A DNA stretch of 60,134 nucleotides, counting the filler, from Porpidia crustulata (Eukaryota): assembly GCA_964255105.1 (NCBI GenBank). It is 11 parts of 11 records of this genome, joined end to end, with 100 filler letters (N's around TTAATTAATTAA, not from the genome) between each part and the next. Parts side by side here need not be neighbours in the genome. Positions count along the whole stretch, not along the records: positions 49,341 to 54,687 come from CAXUWE010001835.1; positions 54,788 to 60,134 come from CAXUWE010001836.1; 9 more parts are not named here. One strand, 5' to 3'. Numbering within the stretch: the stretch's first letter is position 1; each line of letters opens with the position of its first letter. Positions 49,341-60,134 of this stretch are shown here, one piece after another. The notes under the pieces were generated by a model, which did no database searches, was not told where the DNA came from, and worked only from the letters and a program-made list of their open reading frames with translations. Made by a program: the position numbers and the translations under genes.

Positions 49341-49659
49341 GATCTAACTCGAGGAAAAATAGAACATTAGCTCTGTAGAGCCTGCAATCAAAATATGAGT
49401 ATCTATCTGCAAAGGTTTCGAAACGCCAATCGAGAACGAACCAGACGGTATAATGTGCAGGGTTCATGCTGATAATATTTTCTGTGAGCTCGAGAACTCT
49501 CTCGGATTTTTCATCCCTTGCCATAACAGCTCGCAGGTAGGACATTGCCTCGCTGTAGCTTTCGGTGTATGCAATCGGAGCAAGTGGGTTTGGACCGCCA
49601 TCGTCTTGCGCAATCGGGACTATGTCTGCCCAGTTGTCTGAAGAAGAATAATTTGCCAT
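49341..49659 (-). CDS. RAM2: Protein farnesyl/geranylgeranyltransferase alpha subunit, 5' part
   Basis: WADIVPIAQDDG..PLAPIAY...AMSYLRAVM...MNPAHYTVW, intron, then LYRANVL. Confidence 0.93.
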
Positions 49660-50140
49660 TGCATGTCAATCAAACGTTTGAAAAGAATGGGATCAGTTAT
49701 GAATATTTGACGTGTCTACCGGAGGTTGGTGCCCACGTTTAGATCCGGACTGGTGAGCAAGTATGATTAGATTAGATTAGATCTAAAATCTACATGTTAT
49801 TAGAAGGTACTCGTCGACGGAGTTACTATTAATCATTATAGTCTCAATCCTAGAGTGTGAACATAATCACTACAAGAAGATTCACAGGGTACATCTCTAG
49901 TAGAGCTGCACCGTTTAGCTGTTCAATCATACTCTCATATTTCTCCTATTGTATTGGCTTCACATGCTATGCGACGCTTTATAGGAGTCAGTCGGTTGGT
50001 ACAATGTAGCATTCTGGTCAGGTTTATGTCAAAGTGTGCGCAGAGGGTTCCTACTGTTGTATTGATTCAAGCTATTCGATCTCGACCTCCTTTTGTCCTC
50101 TCTGTCCTAGCACGCCGAGTCACTCTGGGCTTAGCGCCCA

Positions 50141-50542
50141 CTACAGTAGACGGTAAACCCTCTGCAGCTCATGATTGGACGCATCTTTAAGTGCTCTCTT
50201 GCGATTTGCTGCTTCTATCCCTTTTGCGGCTTTCTTTGCGGTGGGCTCCCCTGCATTGATTGTTTCTTGGCTTGCTGTTATTCCAAAGAAAAGCTCACGA
50301 TACGCACGATCTGCTTCTTGCATGGATTCTTCTGTTAGCCTCCCGTCCTTCACCTTCGTTTGTGGAGGAACTAAGCCGGTATTGCCTCTCGGATCGGCCA
50401 TGTTTGATGGGCCATGACCTTGCGGCACACGCTCGAAGACAGCGCTGGCTGATTCCTTCTTGGACTGCTCAGTGTTGCCCCAGTCTGTCGTGGCTTTTCT
50501 CTGGGATGTCTCAAGTGCCCATGGATTTTCTTCGGCAGACAT
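50141..50542 (-). CDS. Hypothetical hydrophilic protein (about 133 aa)
   Basis: MSAEENPWAL... portion of ORF 50141-50890. No family recognised. Confidence 0.4.
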   Translation of the reverse strand: MSAEENPWALETSQRKATTDWGNTEQSKKESASAVFERVPQGHGPSNMADPRGNTGLVPPQTKVKDGRLTEESMQEADRAYRELFFGITASQETINAGEPTAKKAAKGIEAANRKRALKDASNHELQRVYRLL

Positions 50543-51337
50543 GATGCCAGCAGCCCCTTTCCGAGACTTAAGACTTCTGAATTGGATCTTGAAAGTTTTT
50601 CGAAGCTGCAACTGTTGGGACGTCGAGCAAAGATCAAGAGAGATTGATGAATCGAAATCAAGTATCGAAAGACGAAGACTCTCTTCAATAAAAGTATACA
50701 CAGCAATCTCAACAACAATGTCTTTGTCATCTTCAAGCCTGAGAACAATGAATCTTACAACAATGACGATTTGTCTGCCTTTAGTCGATATTGAGATCTG
50801 AAAAGTAAGATAGCTGGAAAGAGGGTACATTCGTCGCCCACATACTTGTATATGATCGTGACAAAGAGGATTTCGAGAAGAGTGAGCCAAGCCGATGGGA
50901 GTATGTCATTGTCACGAATGCTTCAACAAGAGATGTAAATCTTTGTCCCTGCTAATCTATGTAGCTACCTACGCCAGACGTCAGATTCAGTCGATATCAT
51001 GTCTACATGTTTTTCAAAGATTGATCACAATGAGAACAGGATCAACGTAGCACGTATGTCAATGAGTCTAAATCTGAATTTGTACACTTCGGAACATAAA
51101 GACTTTGAAGGGAGAGCGAGCCGGTACGATAGAAATCGTGAAGGATTGATGATATGTATTGTCAGGACAGTGAAGGAGAGATCCCATCTATCAAATTCCA
51201 ATAAAAATGTGATGTAGACTAACAACTGAATAGGCTGCCGGATGCCTTTGGTCAAATTTACATCTACTTTATTACTCTTATCCAACGTCCAACGCCTCCG
51301 ATCTCTAATGAAGTGATTCGAGTGTGACCACTTCTCT

Positions 51338-52621
51338 TCATGCTTCATCCTGCCCACTCTCGTCGAGCTCAGCTTCATCTGCCTCATCTTCATCTACCTT
51401 ATCGTCATCCTGCTGACTGTTGTCCGGCGCGACCTCCTCCTCCCAAGCAGGAGACGATGACCGCTCGTGGGTTTCTGTATTAATCGGGTATGCTACTTTC
51501 CAATTTGTTCTCCCGTCAGTCTCATGAAACATTCGACAATATAGCGTTACCATGTCGTCATCTTCGCCATAGTCTATCCAGATAAATATGACCATAGGCT
51601 TGAAATTAATGTGGCCATTACCATCATCCTCCTGCTTGAAGTAAGAGACGCGATGCTCCAATTCCTCTAGAGTAGGATCACGGAGATAATGTGGAACGCA
51701 GCGGCCGACCCCGTCGATAATCGGCCACTTGAAATAGCCTACTGTGGGGCAAGTGTCATCTTCTTTCCAAGTCGCTAGATCACTAGCGTATGGATGCCGG
51801 TCTTCGGTAGTCATGTATACTCGCTCTGCCACCTCACTTCCGCCGTCTTCGTCGCCAGGCCGACACTCTGCATAATATTGCGGAGAGAATCGCGGGCGGG
51901 GGCCACTACTTTGTACTCGTTCTGGAGGGGTCTCGTCGTTGATATTGGAGCTGTCCGTTGGCTCTGGATTATTCAAATGGTTCTCGCCGTCCTCATGAAC
52001 ATGTTCGAGCACGGTACGCCACAGCTCTTCCTTCATGGCTTTCTCTTCCTCAGTGAGTGGCGCAAACTGAGAAACCCAATCGGCCATCGTCATCAGCTGC
52101 ATAAGGCCCGCATCCGTATTCATTCTATAACCTTTCTCGAAAAGGACACTTCTACATTTTGGGCACTATCAGATTCTGGAATTAGCGCATCATTCTTTGG
52201 TATGAGCTATGGATCTTTTTGTAGATTTGATTCTCCTTGATCATCTTTTTTAGCCCGTTGGGGATTTCGGTTCTGAATACTCTGGCTGGGAAGAATTACT
52301 TACTGTGTTATTATTCTCCCCTGAAGCGGGACACAGCCACCGCGAAGCGCATACACTACCCAAAACGTGGCCACAAGGAAGAAGGATCGGATTTTCCTCT
52401 GGCGAGGGCGAGAAGAATGAGACAAGACAAACAGCACAAGGCGGAAAATTCTCTGGGATCTCTTCGAGGCTCAATTTAGGCACATTCCGCAAAAAGACGA
52501 GAGCATTCGGATGAGGCCAGCCAGGCCGCGCTGGAGCACCTTCTGGGATGGTTGTGTAGTCAATTCCTGTATCTTCAATGGCGTCTGAGCTCTCTTGAGG
52601 AGTGCCTGGTTCGGGAGGCAT
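51338..52621 (-). CDS. RING-finger protein (C3HGC3, San1-type RING) with acidic tail, 2 exons
   Basis: CAVC...PCGHVLGSVCASRWL...NNNT. Intron 52303-52166 joins this to CPKCRSVLF and ORF 51338-52123. Confidence 0.85.
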
Positions 52622-53560
52622 GACGAAAGTCTCCTAGTGTAGGCTTGACAACGTCTGCTGGTGACCTTTGGAGGGAATTTCGTCTATGGTTCGAGAAGGA
52701 TCAAAGCGTGAGCTTTAAGTATAGATCTAAAATCATTTCAAAAGGTCAAGGACTCCTTATATCCTAGTCAAGACGGCTAAGATCTTGACAATAAAGATTT
52801 TTTGAATCGTGCGATCACCTACTGTTACGTTTCGATAGTGTTGTCCTGTGTTATGATCACCGGCTTCTCAACGATCTACTTGTCAACAAAAAAAAAATTC
52901 TATATCACTTCGCCCGGTATGTTGAGCTATCCAATGATATTCTGAATTCCCTCATGACCAATCTGTTGCAGTCCGCATTCATCATGATAGGTGCGATAGG
53001 TCATTTGGAAGAATCAACATGAAAGTGTTACTGCACAAGAAGAAAACTTTCGCGCCAATCTCTTCGGTTCATAATAGGACTAAAAAGCTTACAGTCTTGA
53101 CAAATGGTTAAATGCGATTATCGAAACGTTGAGGTATACCAACATCAGTATGACGCCCCGGGTCTGTTCATTGGTTCAGCTGCTGCTAAGGGGTTTACGA
53201 ATTAACTCCAATCGATTCAATGTCAACAGAGAAATCGAAGAGCCGTGGACTCGCATTCAATACTCAAAAAGAAGTGTGTCAAGTACGATGAATCGATAGA
53301 GCTTCCGCAGTACAGACGTGGAAAGAACTATCACATAGGTGCTGGAACAAAGAGCGTGAAAGGTAAAAGTTCCTTTGTCCATTCGAGTTTCATTTTACAG
53401 CGGAAGATTGTCATGCCAAGGAACAAAGCGATTGTAGCTGGACGCTGAGGATGAGATCCAGCGACATAAATCTCCTCTATATTTTCCTACTTCCTACAAT
53501 TCTCAAAAAAGCACGCAGCACTTAGGAAAGACTTCAACGAGGCTCTTCCCGCTAGCAAAG

Positions 53561-54613
53561 ATGTCCGGCACCGACTCTAACATGTCACCTGCGGACGATC
53601 CCATCAATTTCCCTCTAACAAGTGATGAAGGAACCATTATTCCCAAACGGATAATACCGACAGTTGCCAATAAAACGACAATGGGGACTATAACCGAGGA
53701 GACAGGTGTCGTACAAGAACAGACATTTCACATCCTTAGGCCCGAAGAGCTGGAACAGATCGAGAGTAAGCGTCTCCGGCTTCCAGAAGTCATCCACCTC
53801 ATGAACGCTCTCCCAATGATTCACCTAGAAGCCCTGAGCCCAGAAGAGAGAAGCTGTGTGATCTGCCAAGAACCATTCACCACGGACGGATATAATTGCG
53901 GGGCTCCCGCTAGTCAGACCCAGTTGGACGTCCCCACACGACTGCCCTGCCCTGGACGGCATGTCTTTGGATTCGCTTGCATCTCACAGTGGTTCTTGGA
54001 TCACTCAGATTGCCCTTGCTGCAGACACAGACTGTTCGAGCTGTCGCCCGAATTGAACCTGGAGCACACAATCGCCCTCCTGGAATTGGTGAACATGCGA
54101 CAGATGCTCCGGCCGCAAGACGTGGCTAACAAGAACTTGTTGTAGAGATGGCTCATGCACGAAAGCAATGACCACAGCACGATGCGACCGTTCCACCGGA
54201 CGACCGATGAAGAGGCCGACCAGGAAGACTACGAAGATGCGGACGACGAGGGGGAAGATTCGTCTTCTGACGAACGGGAGAATATGCCGCCCGATTGGGA
54301 CCAGGAGGAGGAGGAGGAGGAGTCGGACGAGGAGCTGGGCCGGGATACGTATGAGCGCTGGCAACTTGACCCTGCTGACCTTGTTGAGTTGGGAGCAGGC
54401 TATGAGGATTTAGGGGTGAGAGCGAACCCGGAACCATCCAATCTGGGTGAATCTGAATTGAACGCAGATGAAGTGGAAGAACACGAAAATACAGAAACAA
54501 TAGAGGAGTTGGAGCCAAACGAATCGATGGACTCTGAATGGGCGGACGAAAATCACGATGTGATAGGAGAGGTTGCTGAGGATGAGGGCGTGAGGGAGGA
54601 TGCGGGAGTATGA
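53561..54613 (+). CDS. RING-finger protein (C3HGC3-type) with D/E-rich tail, probable intron 54089-54145
   Basis: CVIC...PCPGRHVFGFACISQWF...CPCCR. GCTAAC branch point and TAG acceptor at 54125-54145. The downstream acidic ORF is in the same frame. Confidence 0.8.
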
Positions 54614-54787
54614 GATCCAGAGGGTTTGGACTAGGAAGACCGTGTTGGAATAGACAGTGTTTTGCAAGGTAGAGCCGCGGTTAGCACNNNNNNNNNNNNN
54701 NNNNNNNNNNNNNNNNNNNNNNNNNNNNNNNTTAATTAATTAANNNNNNNNNNNNNNNNNNNNNNNNNNNNNNNNNNNNNNNNNNNN

Positions 54788-55056
54788 GTGGGCCGCCTTG
54801 GAGCGGTATAGTGGGAGCGCGCTCGACGAGAGTGGTAAAACGTGTGGCCGTTGAGACTGCCTCGGCTGGGAGTGAACTCGGAAGACGAGATGCTGAGAGT
54901 CCGAGGATATGGGGGATCGTGAGGGGAACCGTGAGGAGCAGCAGTGTGATAATGACTTATGAAGGGGGCAGAGAACGTGTCATTGCTGAGTGGAGATCTG
55001 CCACGGGGAGGAAAGACATGGTTGTTATTGACGTCTGAATTCATGATGCTGAACAT
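54788..55056 (-). CDS. Possible S/P/H-rich N-terminus of a gene truncated by the contig edge
   Basis: ATG-initiated frame open to the linker. No domain recognised. Confidence 0.3.
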
Positions 55057-56392
55057 GCCGATGTGAATCTAATAAGGGGCTTTTTGAAGACTTTTAAGAG
55101 AATGATTCGAGATTGTTGGATTTATTGAAAAGACTGTGAAGGACATAGCTCTTATAGGCTCAGGCCCACAAGAGAGACAGAGAAAATGGTATCTGACAAT
55201 ATTAAAACTAGGCAGATTGCCTTACTGCAAAGGTGCTATTGAAAGCAGTATGATAGCGACAAGTGCGAACATGATGCATAGGAACTGTTGTAAGTTCTTC
55301 GTGACAGGCCGTATCCAAGTACCCCTTGTGTGAAAAAAGGGCTCTTCCAAGCAGTCATGGTCGAAGTGAACCACTAGAACGGGAACGTTCCTCCAGAATG
55401 CTGCAAAGGAACTTTTGCAAAGTATGGCAGATAGCTCCAGCTTTGGCAGACGACTGGTCGGGATCCTGCACGTGATCTACCGTCCCCAAGTCCATGTTGA
55501 GGATTGTGGGCGAACATCAAGACCCCGGACGTTGCAAAGGTACCTGGACTTCTGCGTGCAGTAAGGTGATTGGAGATCGAGAGTACACGAGCGCATGGGT
55601 GTAAGCACCATTTCTGTACTTGGTGCGGCCGATGCCGATACAGTACTGACAATGCTGACTTGGCGAGCAGAAGACTGGATGACTGGTTATCTGGACGACT
55701 GGATAGTTGGACAGGTTGCCAAGAATAGGAAATCAGGAGTCTGTAAGGTATTAAGTCGGTTCGCATGAAGCGCTCTCATATTGGTATCCTATAGTCATGA
55801 GCGCGGGGTACAAAACCTTCGGCACATTATTGTTGCCGAGGCTACTTCGCTCGGTTGTGCTGCATTTTACAAATCTGCAGAATTCTTTGTAATCCGATGC
55901 TAGAATTGCATTCAACTCAGGTCGGGTAATTGAACATGTGTTGTAGCATTTTTGCGACCTTTAGATATTTCTGACTCGCGATTGTTGAGTGTAACCTAGG
56001 AGGCTGGAAATGTGATTTTTAAACTTAGGGAGTTCGAATGAGCTGCCGCGCTTAAAGACCGATAAGGATTATAGGGATGTAAGGCTGTAGGGCAGGGGCT
56101 GTCTGCATGGTAACTTGTGTAAATACGCTAAGCCTCATCAGTCGGCTATCTGTCCACTCAACCCCCATCACGTTTTCCTCCACGGTACTTTGTGTTTTTC
56201 CACCAACACCAAGGGACGTCAGCCTTGGCTGCCAGATAGCCATCAGGCTGTGGTAAGCCATGCTACCAACTGACGCCCTGAAAAGGTCTTCGAGCCCAGT
56301 CTGCTCATTCCCCCAGGAACTTCCTCATCGTGCTTCCGAAATCCACTTGAGCAATACCATCAACACTGTTCAAGATTCATCGCGTCTTCGTG

Positions 56393-58237
56393 ATGGACCA
56401 CCACTTTCAACATCCCTTCACCTTCGATCTTTTTGACGGCGTGGCCACTCCTACATACTCTAATTATGAGGACCCAACCGCGTGGCCAGTGGCCATGCAA
56501 TCTAGTATACACTCCACAGCAGATGTGGACTCAGCTCCAAACCCAATGATGCCACAACACGCGCCTCAATTACTGCAATACCCTACGACACAGCACGCTC
56601 CTCCATTACTGCAAGACCCTACGTCACAGCAATATCCTGTTCCGCAACAGGACTCTTTGTCGCTTGGGAACTCGGAGATGTTCAAAGCGCAATCGGATCA
56701 TTCCCGCCAACAAGTGACCAAACAGATGGGTTGGTCTTCCGAGCCTCACGAACACGACTGGGAACAACATAAGCAGAGAATTACAGAGCTCTACTCGGAC
56801 AGAACTCTGGAGAGAGTGATGGAAATCATGAAACGAGAGCACGGACTCAAGGCAAGGTATGAACCGAGATGAAGTAATTCAGACAGAAAGATTGTAACAA
56901 TTCTGGACAGTATCAAGATGTACAAAGATCGATTCCGTAAATGGAGAATTGACAAGAATATCAAAGGCGAGGAAATGAAGGCCATAATCCGCAAGCAAAC
57001 CCAACGTTCACGTGTTGGCAAGAAATCAGCGTTTCGGATTCGCAACTCCCGAGTGCCCGAATCAAAGATCATCCGATGTCGAAAATCTAAGGGACTGTCG
57101 TCCGAAATACAAGCTTTGCAGCTCAGAGCGCCGACGCCGGCGGAGCTAATTTGCTACACGCCCTTGGCTTCTCCACTTTCTACCCCGCGGGTCCTTGAGA
57201 CCCCAGAGCGCATAGCGAAACTAGTCCAGCAATACGTCCACGGCTCGTTTGAATCGAGAACTTGGCTGGTGACCAATGACGAAGATTGTGTCAGTATAAA
57301 GGAATCAGATAAAATTAATTCTGAGTTCCGTGTTCATAATATGAATGCCCTCCTATGTCTCTACGACGGTGAAATGAACGCTGCGTGGTCCTTCCTGAGC
57401 ATGGCCATGGCCCTTGTAGAGCAAGTAGTAGCAGAAGAGGGTCCCGATACCTTAGATATATTATGCACCATTGTACTTGGATATGTTTTCAACCATTTCG
57501 GGGTTGTTTCTTCCGTGCTTTTGAGGCAATTCTCCGCCATGAGTGCCAAAACCATGAGAAGGAAGCATCCCTTCAATTACATGTTTGCTCATCTTATTGA
57601 ACAGGATGTGTCTGATCTGAAGCACACGATTGACATAGCTCGGCAAAGCCAGATCGATTGCTTCACTCAAAGATCAGGGCGCTTTAACAGGACCACTTTG
57701 GAACTTCAAGTCTCACGCCTACGGTCGATGAAGAAGGTGAATAATCTACGGTTCAAAGGTTTTGTCTCTCTGTCACAGGAAATTGAGTATGCTTTGGGGG
57801 CTTCCAACATACGATCTCTCCAGGTGCGCTTAGATCTGGCATGGCAGTACAAAATAACCGGCCAGTACGAGAAAGCTGTTGAACTTACCCAAAGTATAAT
57901 GACTCTCGTTGCACCCGAAAAAAGCAGTGGCATGAAATCTGCATTCTGCGAGGCTTTATATATTTTAGCCGAAATTCATCATAGACTTGCCAAAGCGGAT
58001 TTGGCTGAGCAGAATATACGTCATGCAATCCTTACTCGAGCTGGATATTTTGGCTGGAAAGATGGTGACTTGCTCTATATGATGTCAGATCTTGCGAGGT
58101 GGTTGGAAGAATGGGAAAGGCCAGACGAGGCAGCCGAAGTGCGAAGGCAAATGGACGAGATTATCAGCTCAAAGTATGAAAAGTTTCGCAGCGAAGAGGA
58201 CGAGAAGTATCGCAGATGGGAGGCGTCAAGAGCCTGA
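56393..58237 (+). CDS. Clr5-domain protein with TPR-like C-terminus (2 exons)
   Basis: DWEQHKQRITELY...LERVMEIMKREHGLKA/SIKMYKDRFRKWRIDKN across intron 56857-56910. C-terminal helical repeats (LAWQY...YEKAVEL, LAEIH...DLAEQNIRHAI). Confidence 0.88.
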
Positions 58238-60134
58238 CACCATTTTCATTATCTCTATCAAGGATATCATCGGGCTGGAAGCTGTGGCAGACTCTCAAGT
58301 CACGATCATCCGAGTCCTTTACATATCCGGCGAAGTTTTCTATTACACCTATATATATAGACACGGCCAAAGACCGAAAAGCGATCACCGAGAAAATTAT
58401 ATAATCCATCTGCCATCTCCAACCACGACAACATTCCACCCCGTCCCTCCTCACCATCACTCCCCCATCGAACTCGCTTCATCACACGCCACTCATCTGC
58501 GTCAAACCACATTTCGCATCGCTTCCTCCACTTCCCCGATATGCGACCCTCGAATCCCGATGCTTTCGGCTGATAGTCTGGGAGATTGGGAATTCGCTGC
58601 TCGGAGTAGTGGACCGAGGATGGTATAACGGTGCTTGGTGTGAGGGGCCTCTTGGTTTTCTTGTGTGAATGTTTTATGTCGCATGATTCATAGGAGCGTA
58701 GTCTTTTTATCAGATTTCGTTGATCTAGAAGCTCAAGGTTGTCGCTTCATATCTTTTCTCTTGCCTTTCTTTCTTTGTTTCTTTCCTTCATATCCCTTTT
58801 ATACCTGTCGGTTCCATTACTCCCTCACCCCTATCAAACTACCTACAAGAGAGAAGAACCGCTCATACGATGATCCATCAGCACATCAGCACAACAATAC
58901 ACACACACCCGCGCGTCTCACCTCACCTCAGAGTGTCCAACACACCAACATATCTAACTCAACCCCACATCACCGCATCCCTTCAAAATCAATCCACCAC
59001 GACCCTCATTCGGAAAGTTCTGCTTTTCGGCGAATATTGAAAATCGAATCACGACAATATCGATTTCTTCCAGCACTGCTTGGGAGAGAGATCGAGGGAC
59101 TTATTGTGGATTTTTTTGAGAAAAAATAGATGTGGATGGATATAGACTAGCTTTATACAATAATTTCTTTCGTTCGCGCGTATGCATTTCAGCAGAGTTC
59201 ATTAACTCAGCTCAACTCAACTCATTTCACACGAATGGATATCCCTCGCTTTTATCGCATCTTTTTACGCATTGACATAGGTCATGAGTATAATATTACT
59301 ATTCAAAGAACTACTCTATCGTATTTATATTAGAATAGGGCGAGAAAACTACAGGACTCAATTAACGTTCACGATAAGTAAACATTCTTCGGACTTTTTT
59401 CTACGAGAAATGTTTTATTTCGTATAGCGTTATTTCTAGACAATTGATCGATATTCTATTAATGCATAGATACATTTCTCGTTCTATCTGGAGTTCGCGA
59501 CACGTGCGCGATAATGCTCAGAATATAAGAGAATTCATCAGAAGTCTATGGCTTCATCCACAAACCCTTCCACATCCATACCCTCGCCCCACAAATCCTT
59601 CCCAAAAAAACACACACACAATCTCCAACTCCGTCGCTCAAAGGAAGCGAAGAAGAGCAGTTGACGGTCGAGAATGGAGTCGGCGATCGAGAACTGGAGT
59701 AGGAGTCGACGGTCGAGAGGAGGAATAGAAGATGGAAGAGGGATGAAGATAGGATAGAAGATGGAGGGGGGAGGGAGATAGAGTTAGAAGGGGATGAGGA
59801 AGTGAGGAAGAAAAGAGGAAAGAGATGAGGAAAGAGGTGAGAAGTGGAAATGGCTAGGATTCTAAAATGATTTAGATGATGTGGTGGAGAGGGATTGGAA
59901 GCGGAAGCGGAAGCGGAAGAGGAAGGAGGGGGGTTTTTGGTTGTTCGATAACCTTATTCATTTAGGATTCATTCACGAACCCCTCTTTCTATCGAAACAA
60001 CCCCCCCAACCCCCCGAAGAGTCCTTACTCAAACACATCCATCCTTTTTAGATACTCAAAGACTTCATTTACTAGGTCCACATAAGATGGATTTGCTTTG
60101 CATTGCACCAGATCCTTCGAACCTCGTTTTGAAG

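Noticed and set aside
45142..49659. PEX6 next to RAM2 as a functional cluster
   Set aside because: They are on different contigs, separated by a linker.
54143..54145. Premature stop or readthrough in the RING gene
   Set aside because: Better explained as a 3' splice site with a GCTAAC branch point.
59690..59935. GA-rich tract with (GCGGAA)n
   Set aside because: Ordinary low-complexity sequence with no supportable function.

Overview
This is eukaryotic DNA from a filamentous ascomycete (Pezizomycotina), shown by short GT..AG introns with CTRAC-type branch points and fungal-type proteins. It is not one locus. It is 11 unrelated contigs of about 5.35-5.40 kb, ordered by decreasing length and joined by an artificial 100-bp linker (N44-TTAATTAATTAA-N44), so neighbourhood across linkers means nothing. 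Recognisable genes: Na+/H+ antiporter, RNase H1, MFS transporter, TMEM135-like protein, KEI1, RCD1/CAF40, a WHIM-domain chromatin protein, a hydrolase-NB-ARC-TPR NLR, the last exon of ATP synthase subunit e (missed by the ORF track), PUS7, DIB1, PEX6, RAM2, two divergent San1-type RING proteins and a Clr5-domain protein, plus orphans and small secreted proteins. Best leads: (1) the NLR carries a frameshift and a solo-LTR-like insertion with a 5-bp TSD that rewrites its C-terminus; (2) an intronless orphan has a HEPN-like RNxxxH motif and lies next to TE debris; (3) a 62/56-bp array is built from a co-varying palindromic 14-mer; (4) RNase H1 has an in-frame uORF and an open upstream extension; (5) PEX6 and the TMEM135-like gene share a 12-bp Far-type promoter element. 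Family calls come from motif recognition by eye, with no database searches. No novel system is established.
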